A program made the translations under genes and the position numbers. Positions 6,704-12,556 of a stretch of DNA of 16,114 nucleotides are shown piece after piece. The DNA is taken from IMG/VR virus record IMGVR_UViG_3300046783_000031; one strand, 5' to 3'. How positions within the stretch are numbered: position 1 is the stretch's first letter; the number at the start of each line of letters is the position of its first letter. Below the pieces are notes generated by a model. It was given only the letters and a program-made list of their open reading frames with translations. It was not told the DNA's origin and searched no databases. The stretch comes from a virus.

Positions 6704-8110
6704 CTACGTGCGGACCTGGATGCGGGTCTCGACCTTCGCCGGCAGCCGGTCGAACGCGGCCAGGGCCACGGTCCCGGCGATCAGCGGCGCGATCGCGGGG
6801 CCGCCGGCCTCGCGGTTCCAGACCCATCCGCCGTCGCGCATGTACCGCTTGGCGGCCGCGCCGATCGCGGTGGCCAGGTCGGGCTGGTCGACGTGCAGGA
6901 CGCGGCCGCCGTGCAGCTCGTCGAAGACCGGCGGGCAGGCGGCGATCATCTGCCGGGTGTTCAGCGGGTCCAGCCGCGGCCGCGGCCTGATCCGGGTCAG
7001 GGCCTCGGCAACCTGCAGGTTCTGCCCGATCGCGTCGTAGGAGATCGGCAGGTGCCGGCGGCGCGCGAGGTCACCGAGGAAGATCGGCAGCCACCCGGCG
7101 CCTGAGCGCAGGCCGAGCAGCTCCCACCAGGCGCGGCCGTCGCCGTCGCGCCAGGCGCCCATCACAGCCCCGTAGCTGCCGTCCAGGGCGACCTCGAAGG
7201 CCAGGCCGATCCGTTCTGGTCTGGACGGCGCCTCGGGGCGGCAGGCGGCCGCCCAGCCCCCGGCAGACAGCAGCCTGGTCGCGGCCGGGTCCTGCCACAG
7301 GCACAGGTACTCCTGCCCGAACAGCAGCCGGCCCAGCTTGCGCCGGCGCTCGCGCATCCGCTCGATGGTCGTCAGCGTGCCGATGCCGGGGTGCACCCGG
7401 TGCCAGACGGCCTCGTCGTCCGGGTCGTCGTCCTCGCGGGCGGCGTACTCGACGATGCCGATGTCGCCCTCGTGGCCGCGCTGCAGGGCGTCCCACAGCA
7501 TCCCGGCCTTCGCGCTCGGGGTGCCGGAGACGATCAGCTGCGGGTACGGGCTGGTGTCCAGGGTCGGGTCGATGCCGGCCTGGAGGTCCAGGACCACGGC
7601 CTCGTCCTCGAACTCCTGGGCCTCGTCGACCCACACACAATCAGCACCCTCCGAACGAAACTTGTCGCCCTTCGGCGCGACGACGTCCCACCGGGCACCG
7701 GTGGGTGCGTACTCCAGGCACTCACGCCCCGCCGCCTTCCACAGCGGCCACGTGTCCGGGTCCGCCTTGTGCAGCGGGATCGCCACGTCGAAGAACCGGG
7801 CTCGAGCCTTCAGGCCGGTCTGGGCGGTCGAGATGATTCCGTACCCCGGAATAGCCTTCATCCGCCCGACCAGCGTCGCCTGTATCGAGCTGGTCTTGCT
7901 GCAGCGGCGCGGCGCCACGATCACGACCTCGGCATAGTCGAGGATCCCGATTCCGTCACTCGCCGTAACCGAACTCGATCCGATGACGTCGGAGAACGCG
8001 AAGGCCTGGGGCAGCACTCTCTGATGCAGCGCCTCGACACCCGATATCAGCAGGTCACGGGCGGTATCGCGCCCCTCTACCGGACTGCTGTGGAGCGGCT
8101 CAGCACCCAT
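6704..8110 (-). CDS. terL: Terminase large subunit (468 aa)
   Basis: Walker A-like VVIVAPRRCSKTSS and Walker B-like ADCVWVDEAQEF motifs. The C-terminal half is nuclease-like. It lies upstream of the portal gene. Confidence 0.85.
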   Translation of the reverse strand: MGAEPLHSSPVEGRDTARDLLISGVEALHQRVLPQAFAFSDVIGSSSVTASDGIGILDYAEVVIVAPRRCSKTSSIQATLVGRMKAIPGYGIISTAQTGLKARARFFDVAIPLHKADPDTWPLWKAAGRECLEYAPTGARWDVVAPKGDKFRSEGADCVWVDEAQEFEDEAVVLDLQAGIDPTLDTSPYPQLIVSGTPSAKAGMLWDALQRGHEGDIGIVEYAAREDDDPDDEAVWHRVHPGIGTLTTIERMRERRRKLGRLLFGQEYLCLWQDPAATRLLSAGGWAAACRPEAPSRPERIGLAFEVALDGSYGAVMGAWRDGDGRAWWELLGLRSGAGWLPIFLGDLARRRHLPISYDAIGQNLQVAEALTRIRPRPRLDPLNTRQMIAACPPVFDELHGGRVLHVDQPDLATAIGAAAKRYMRDGGWVWNREAGGPAIAPLIAGTVALAAFDRLPAKVETRIQVRT

Positions 8111-8210
8111 CGATCACCGCCGGGGAGAAAAAGTGGGCTGTAGAGGCCGGTGTTCAGACGTTTCTCCTCAAAGAACGGCTTCACTCTACGTCACGAATGT
8201 CACGGAATGT
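8111..8210. promoter_or_regulatory. Low-GC intergenic region with short direct repeats; candidate cos/terminase recognition region and/or late promoter
   Basis: It is the largest non-coding gap in the minus-strand operon. TGTTCAGA occurs at 8151-8158 and 8208-8215. CACGAATGT / CACGGAATGT are in tandem at 8192-8210. It lies directly upstream of terL and downstream of the HNH gene. Confidence 0.35.
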
Positions 8211-8513
8211 TCAGAGTCCCGCGTCCGTGCCGTCGACCATCGGACCTGACGCGCTGGCCGGGCCGAGCGGCGGCGCCGGCGGATCCTGGATACCCGTGGT
8301 CGGCTGCTCGCCCCGCTCCTGGATGGTCATGTGCTGGACGATGTCGAGGCGGTCGGCCGGGTCGACGCCGGTGATCGGGTGCTCGTACTCCACGACCACG
8401 ACGTGCGGCTCGATGGTGATCCGCGCGACCTTGGCCGGGTCGTGGCCCAGCCGCTTGCACAACTCCATGATCTCGCTCTGGGTGATGGTCACCAGGGACG
8501 TCTTGCTCACCAC
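8211..8513 (-). CDS. Hypothetical protein (100 aa); positional candidate for the small terminase subunit
   Basis: High-GC3 ORF between the HNH gene and terL. The start may instead be GTG 8510, which gives a GTGA overlap with the HNH stop. No diagnostic motif was found. Confidence 0.3.
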   Translation of the reverse strand: MVSKTSLVTITQSEIMELCKRLGHDPAKVARITIEPHVVVVEYEHPITGVDPADRLDIVQHMTIQERGEQPTTGIQDPPAPPLGPASASGPMVDGTDAGL

Positions 8514-8800
8514 GGTCTGATCCCTCGCTCGGCGGCGGACTGGACGACGACGGCGGCCACGGACAGGGACTGGCCGTGCCGGCGGTTGCAGCTACGGTGC
8601 GAGACGGCCTGGTTGTCCAGGCCGAGCGCACCACCCTTGATCAGCGGTACCACGTGGTCCACGTCCCAGGCGCCCTCGAGCTGGACACCGGCACCGCACC
8701 GGCAGCACGGCAGCTCACCGGCGGCCGCCAGCTGCAGCGCCCAGTACCGCCGCGCCCTCGCCGCGACACCCGCGCTCCAGCCCCGTTCAGCGTGGCTCAC
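8507..8800 (-). CDS. HNH endonuclease (97 aa, GTG start)
   Basis: Motifs CCRCG...DVDHVVPLIKGGALGLDNQAVSHRSCNRRHG show the His-Asn-His signature with flanking Cys pairs. It is adjacent to the terminase genes, as in HK97-like cos phages. Confidence 0.85.
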   Translation of the reverse strand: MSHAERGWSAGVAARARRYWALQLAAAGELPCCRCGAGVQLEGAWDVDHVVPLIKGGALGLDNQAVSHRSCNRRHGQSLSVAAVVVQSAAERGIRPW

Positions 8801-9056
8801 TGAACTGTTTGCTTCGCTCGATCTGCTGCTCGAAGTGCCGGGCGAGGTCGAGCAGCTGCGCTCGGATCAGGCCCAGGGCCGCGGCGTACTGCTCAGGCGT
8901 CGCTGTGGCGTCGATGAGCAGCGGGTGGGCGACCATCAGCCCGCGCCCGTTCTCCAGGATCACGAGGCTGAGCAGGGGCGGCGGGTCGTCGATGAGGCGC
9001 TCGAGGTCGTGAAGGTGGGCCTCCACTCGCTTGCGGTCCATCGCTGGCGAGGTCAT
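8787..9056 (-). CDS. Hypothetical protein (89 aa)
   Basis: The ORF has high GC3 and overlaps the upstream gene as ATGA. No recognisable motif. Confidence 0.55.
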   Translation of the reverse strand: MTSPAMDRKRVEAHLHDLERLIDDPPPLLSLVILENGRGLMVAHPLLIDATATPEQYAAALGLIRAQLLDLARHFEQQIERSKQFSEPR

Positions 9057-9745
9057 GACCCGTCCCCTGATGCCCGCTTCCGGGTCTCGTACTCGGCCCT
9101 GAACGTGGGGGGTGGAACGGGCTGTTCAGCGGGCGTATCCCCAAGTTCTTTCCCGGGGTCTTGTGAGCGAAGCGAACTTAGACCTTTGGAAACCGAAGGT
9201 TTGTGCGGCGGCTGGCCGTGCATCGGTTCGCCGTGCATCGGTTCGCCGTGCATCGGTTCGCCGTGCATCGGTTCGCCGGGGCTCGGTAGGTCACGCACGG
9301 CGCCACCTGGACGTTTGGCCTCGCGGGTCGTCTCCTTGACGTATTTACGCAGGTCGCGCCGTGCGTGGAATTCCAACGCACGGTCATCGTCGAGGCTCTC
9401 GAGTTTCTGACGCAGCCAGGCCTGGGCGACGTCGTGCGGGATCGACTCCTCGGCCGTGATGGTGAAGGTCACCACGGCGCTCCGATCGCCCGGCAGGTTC
9501 TTGGTGATCTGATGCCTGTAGCCAGCCTCGCCAAGCTGTTTCAGGGCCTTGAGGACTGCCTGTTGGCCAAGCCCACGACCCAGGAACGCCCGGTAGCCCT
9601 GGGGTGCGGATTCTGGGCGCGCGAGTATGTCGGCGAGCAGGCCGAGCGCGGGATAGTCGAGGCGCTCGTCACGGATCGTCGCATTGGGCAGCTCAGTCGT
9701 ACCCCGCTTGTAGTGGAACGACGTCTGCGGCTTCCGCGCCGTCAT
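9053..9745 (-). CDS. Winged-helix DNA-binding protein, possible replication initiator (230 aa), with an internal GEPMH x4 repeat
   Basis: The N-terminal region (..LDYPALGLLADILARPES..QQAVLKALKQLGEAGYRHQ..) resembles DnaD/phage-replication-type winged-helix domains. It overlaps the upstream gene as ATGA. A repeat-bearing linker is followed by a basic C-terminus. Confidence 0.5.
   Translation of the reverse strand: MTARKPQTSFHYKRGTTELPNATIRDERLDYPALGLLADILARPESAPQGYRAFLGRGLGQQAVLKALKQLGEAGYRHQITKNLPGDRSAVVTFTITAEESIPHDVAQAWLRQKLESLDDDRALEFHARRDLRKYVKETTREAKRPGGAVRDLPSPGEPMHGEPMHGEPMHGEPMHGQPPHKPSVSKGLSSLRSQDPGKELGDTPAEQPVPPPTFRAEYETRKRASGDGS
9216..9275. repeat. Four perfect tandem copies of the 15-mer CCGTGCATCGGTTCG (iteron-like), in frame within CDS 9053-9745
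   Basis: Counted directly as 9216-9230, 9231-9245, 9246-9260 and 9261-9275. On the minus strand each copy encodes GEPMH. Confidence 0.95.
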
Positions 9746-9963
9746 GTCGCCGGCTCAGACAGCAGGGCAAGGACGTCAGTTCGGCGGTACCGGGGGTGAC
9801 GGCCAGGAGTGACGTAGCGGGTGATCCGCCCTTCCTGGCGCCACCGGTCGAAGGTACGTGGGGCGACGCGTAGGAGCGCCGCGGCCTCGCTGCGCGTGAT
9901 CCACTCGCCCTCAGACGTGACCGTTTGTGCAGGTGGTATCGCTTTGTGTGGGCTTGGGTCCAT
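9742..9963 (-). CDS. Excisionase/MerR-family HTH protein (73 aa), Cro- or Xis-like first gene of the leftward operon
   Basis: WITRSEAAALLRVAPRTFDRWRQEGRITRYVTPGRHPRYRRTDVLALL matches the excisionase-type helix-turn-helix pattern. It is divergent from the repressor. The ATG lies close to the predicted transcription start. Confidence 0.7.
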   Translation of the reverse strand: MDPSPHKAIPPAQTVTSEGEWITRSEAAALLRVAPRTFDRWRQEGRITRYVTPGRHPRYRRTDVLALLSEPAT

Positions 9964-9971
9964 GCTTGGCG

Positions 9972-10000
9972 AAGATATCCATGTATGGATATACGGTCAA
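9972..10000 (-). promoter_or_regulatory. Leftward promoter (-35 TTGACC, 17-bp spacer, -10 TATCTT) containing the 18-bp palindromic operator ATATCCAT-GT-ATGGATAT (9975-9992)
   Basis: Read on the minus strand, TTGACC is the complement of 9995-10000 and TATCTT the complement of 9972-9977. ATG 9963 lies about 8 nt downstream of the -10. The perfect 8+2+8 palindrome fills the spacer and overlaps the -10. Confidence 0.55.
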
Positions 10001-10032
10001 CTATGGCAGGCAGTAGTCATAGTTAGTCATGC

Positions 10033-10551
10033 GTGGCTAAGATGGACGGCATGCCAGCTGTCGCAAAGCAGGATCCAGTCGATGCCGAGATCGGCGAGCG
10101 CCTGCACACATGGATGTGGCGGAATCGGGTGCCTCAGACGGGCTTCGCCGATGTCCTGGGAATCAGTCAGCAGTCGCTGGGGCGCAAGCTGCGCGGCGAG
10201 TCTGCCTGGTCCGCCGGCGAGCTACGCCGGGCGGGCGTTGTGCTGCGGGTTTCGATCGGGTGGTTCTTCGGTGAGACCGAGGAAGAGCCTGTGCGCCCGA
10301 AGGGACTCGAACCCCTAACCTTCTGGATGGGAGTTTGGCGCTACCTTCGGGTCGCCCTCCCCGGACGGCGTCGACCTGGTGGACACAGGGCGCCCTGGGC
10401 TACCGGACAAGGCGGCGTCGTCCGCATCACGTGCCCTCGATGCGGTCGCACGAGCTACAACCCGAACGACGCGCGCGAGGGTTACTGCGGCAACTGCCAC
10501 GACTGGACCGGCGGCGCCGTCCGCACCAGTGACCTGGAGCTGGCGGCATGA
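10033..10551 (+). CDS. XRE/CI-type repressor, viral (unintegrated) form of 172 aa: N-terminal HTH, attP-encoded segment, zinc-ribbon tail ending -LELAA
   Basis: The HTH motif is QTGFADVLGISQQSLGRKLRGE. The frame is open from GTG 10033 (alternative ATGs at 10042 and 10051). CPRCG..CGNC forms a Cys4 motif. The stop overlaps the next ORF as ATGA. Confidence 0.7.
   Translation: MAKMDGMPAVAKQDPVDAEIGERLHTWMWRNRVPQTGFADVLGISQQSLGRKLRGESAWSAGELRRAGVVLRVSIGWFFGETEEEPVRPKGLEPLTFWMGVWRYLRVALPGRRRPGGHRAPWATGQGGVVRITCPRCGRTSYNPNDAREGYCGNCHDWTGGAVRTSDLELAA
10292..10333 (-). other. Candidate attP core: 3' portion of a tRNA (anticodon loop region to discriminator), no 5' half
   Basis: The reverse complement reads CTCCCAT CCAGA AGGTT AGGGG TTCGAGT CCCTT CGGGCGC A. 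These are the loop, 3' anticodon stem, variable loop, T-arm with the canonical TTCGAGT loop, 3' acceptor strand and discriminator. The upstream bases cannot pair as the 5' anticodon stem. A tyrosine integrase lies 620 bp away. The tRNA identity is unresolved: the acceptor and discriminator look Arg-like, while the loop would read CCC if it belongs to the tRNA. Confidence 0.65.
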
Positions 10552-10946
10552 GCCGCGACCCGGGCACGCGACGGGTGGCCGCGGTGCTCGCCGAGCTGCT
10601 CGTGAAGGGCCTCATCCGGGATGAGGACGACCTCATCATCAACGTGCAGACCTACGAGCTGGCCATCGTAAGCAGCTCGGCGCCGACAGCACTGCGCGTC
10701 GCGCGGGACGTGATCCCCGAGCGCACCTACGACAAGCACGACAGCCCCGACAGAACGCACCACACCTGGGCCGGGAAGCGGGACGACGTGACGATACGGG
10801 TCACAGCCGTGCGGCCGCTGGGTGAGCCAGACCTGGTCGACCCGCTCGGCGCGGCGGATGAGGGCGACTACCTTCAACGGCTCATCGCGCTGGGCGTGGG
10901 TTGGGGGCCGTCCTCGACGGATCTGGCCGAGCTCGACGAACGCTGA
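10548..10946 (+). CDS. Hypothetical protein (132 aa) between repressor and integrase
   Basis: High-GC3 ORF, translationally coupled (ATGA) to the repressor ORF. It ends 7 nt before the int start. No motif recognised. Confidence 0.6.
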   Translation: MSRDPGTRRVAAVLAELLVKGLIRDEDDLIINVQTYELAIVSSSAPTALRVARDVIPERTYDKHDSPDRTHHTWAGKRDDVTIRVTAVRPLGEPDLVDPLGAADEGDYLQRLIALGVGWGPSSTDLAELDER

Positions 10947-10953
10947 TCAGGGC

Positions 10954-11868
10954 ATGAAGACGATGCGGGAGCCCACCCCTACGTGGGCGCGAGAGATCGA
11001 CGGTTACCTGACGGCGTTGAAGGGCGCGGGCCGAAGCCCTGAGACCGTGAAGGCGCGGCGGCAGCAGCTGCGGATGCTGGCCCGGTGGGCCGGACGGCGC
11101 AGCCCTTGGAACCTGAGTACCGATGACCTGCTGGAGTGGATGGCCTCGAGGGACTGGGCACAGGAGCGCCGGCGCTCGGTGCGCTCGACGTTGCAGGGCT
11201 TCTACCGGTGGGGCGTCGGCTCGGGCCGCACCGAGCATGACCCGGCGCAGTCGCTGCCGATCATCCGGGCGGCGGTGCCGCGGCCGCGGCCGTGCGACGA
11301 CGACGTGCTGCGTTCGGCGGTCAAGGCCGCGCCGGAACGTGACGTGCTGATGGTGCGCCTGGCGGCCGAGTGTGGGCTGCGCCGTGCGGAGGTGTCCCAG
11401 ATCCACACCCGGGACGTGATCGCGGGCTCGAAGCGGGGCCAGTACTCGCTGGTGGTCCACGGCAAGGGCAACAAGGAGCGGGTGGTGCCGTTGCCGCCGA
11501 TCCTGGCGAAGGAGCTGCTGCGCCGGCCGCGGGGCTTCGTGTTCCCGGGCCGCATCGACGGGCACCTCTCGGCGCGGTGGGTCGGGAAGGTCGTGGGCGG
11601 GTGGCTCGACCAGGGGTACACGATGCACTCGCTTCGACACTGGTTCTCCACGGTCACCTACGAGGAGACCAACGACCTGCTGGGCCTGGGCGAGATCCTG
11701 GGGCACGCGAGCCCGGAGACGACGCGGCGGTACGTCAGGCTCAGTGATGTCCGGGGGCGAGGCCTAGTCGCGACAGCGTCGTCGCGGCTGCTCGCCCTCC
11801 AGGTCGAGCCCGACCAGGCACCTGCCATGTCACCGACACGTCGGGGTGACATCGCCGCGACGGCCTAG
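10954..11868 (+). CDS. int: Tyrosine integrase (304 aa)
   Basis: Catalytic motifs are present: ECGLRRAE (Arg I), HGKGNKERVVPLP (Lys), HSLRHWFST (His-x-x-Arg) and LGHASPETTRRYVRL (His, Tyr). The N-terminus has a SAM-like core-binding pattern (WAREIDGYLTALKGAGRSPETVKARRQQL). The 44 codons upstream in the track ORF overlap the previous gene and are not counted. Confidence 0.9.
   Translation: MKTMREPTPTWAREIDGYLTALKGAGRSPETVKARRQQLRMLARWAGRRSPWNLSTDDLLEWMASRDWAQERRRSVRSTLQGFYRWGVGSGRTEHDPAQSLPIIRAAVPRPRPCDDDVLRSAVKAAPERDVLMVRLAAECGLRRAEVSQIHTRDVIAGSKRGQYSLVVHGKGNKERVVPLPPILAKELLRRPRGFVFPGRIDGHLSARWVGKVVGGWLDQGYTMHSLRHWFSTVTYEETNDLLGLGEILGHASPETTRRYVRLSDVRGRGLVATASSRLLALQVEPDQAPAMSPTRRGDIAATA
11827..11852. 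repeat. Dyad repeat family, diverged copy D (ATGTCACC-N10-GGTGACAT) inside the int 3' end
   Basis: ATGTCACCGACACGTCGGGGTGACAT matches 23 of 28 positions, in the same reading frame, with 12189-12216 of copy C. Confidence 0.7.
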
Positions 11869-11945
11869 GTCAGGGGCCCAATTCGGGCGTTAGGCCACAG
11901 ATCGTGAGATTAGGAGTTTGTCCGCCTGTATGACGACATGAGGAA

Positions 11946-11983
11946 GGCCAGGGCCTTGCCCTCCGCTGGGGCAAGGCCCTGGC
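11946..11983. terminator. Perfect 16-bp stem / 6-nt loop hairpin, candidate bidirectional terminator between int and the tandem-HTH gene
   Basis: GGCCAGGGCCTTGCCC tccgct GGGCAAGGCCCTGGCC. It lies in the 155-bp lower-GC intergenic region. There is no U-tract, which is common in high-GC actinobacteria. Confidence 0.6.
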
Positions 11984-12023
11984 CCAGGGCCGAACCGATG
12001 CGAGTTCCATTCTGGAGGATCCC

Positions 12024-12431
12024 TTGAACGCTGCTCAGTACGCCGACCACGTCGGCGCGTCCGAGCGCACGGTGCTGCGCTGGTTGAAGGCCGGCGAGCT
12101 GCCGGCGGCGACGAAGACCCCGGACGGCCGGTGGTTCATCCCGGCCGACGCCGTCCGGCAGGTCCGCTCCTCACCCGTGTCACCTGACATGTCAGTGACA
12201 CGTCAGGGTGACGTGGTGCGGGCGAACGGTGCGGCTGCGCAGCCGGCCAGCCTGGGCGAGGCCCTCGACAGGCGCACGGCGCTGCTGTCGCTGGAGGACG
12301 CCTCGACGCTGCTGGGGATCCCGGAGAGCGCGATCCGGCGGCACGCCGAGCAGCTCGGGGCGTTGCCCTGGGGGCCACGAGGCACGCTGGTGGTCCCGGC
12401 GCGCACGGTACGGAACCTCGCCGGGCTCTAG
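12024..12431 (+). CDS. Tandem excisionase-type HTH protein (135 aa, TTG start), candidate Xis/recombination directionality factor or regulator
   Basis: A GGAGGA RBS lies 4 nt upstream of the TTG. There are two HTH_17-like modules (ASERTVLRWLKAGELPAATKTPDGRWFIPADAV and ASTLLGIPESAIRRHAEQLGALPWGPRGTLVVPARTV). Their linker is encoded by dyad repeat copy C. Confidence 0.6.
   Translation: MNAAQYADHVGASERTVLRWLKAGELPAATKTPDGRWFIPADAVRQVRSSPVSPDMSVTRQGDVVRANGAAAQPASLGEALDRRTALLSLEDASTLLGIPESAIRRHAEQLGALPWGPRGTLVVPARTVRNLAGL
12175..12205. repeat. Dyad repeat family, copy C
   Basis: CCGTGTCACCTGACATGTCAGTGACACGTCA is identical to copy A at 30 of 31 positions. Confidence 0.9.
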
Positions 12432-12556
12432 GAACGGCGCCTGCCGAACATCCAGCCGAGCAGCAGCCCGAAGATCCCGATCAGCACCCCGACGGTCATC
12501 GTCAGGCCGAGCACGAGCGTGACGGCGGCCGCGGCGGTCAGCTCCTCAGCGGACAT
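12428..12556 (-). CDS. Holin-like small membrane protein (42 aa)
   Basis: MSAEELTAAAAVTLVLGLTMTVGVLIGIFGLLLGWMFGRRRS has one long hydrophobic helix and a basic C-terminus. Its ATG shares one base with the endolysin stop (TGATG). The rest of track ORF 12428-12895 is a shadow of the endolysin gene. Confidence 0.55.
   Translation of the reverse strand: MSAEELTAAAAVTLVLGLTMTVGVLIGIFGLLLGWMFGRRRS

Noticed and set aside
9216-9275. The tandem 15-bp repeats considered as a CRISPR array.
   Set aside because: The repeats are contiguous with no spacers, only 15 bp long, and in frame within a CDS. There are no cas genes.
10285-10345. A functional tRNA gene on the minus strand.
   Set aside because: Only the 3' portion is present. 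Bases upstream cannot form the 5' anticodon stem, the D-arm or the 5' acceptor strand. No CCA follows the discriminator. It is better explained as an attP core.
8787-11000. Whether the small unassigned ORFs (89 aa, 100 aa, 132 aa) form a toxin-antitoxin, superinfection-exclusion or other defence module.
   Set aside because: No recognisable toxin, nuclease, ATPase or membrane motifs are present. The genes are embedded in and translationally coupled to replication, packaging or lysogeny operons. There is nothing to support the call without profile searches.
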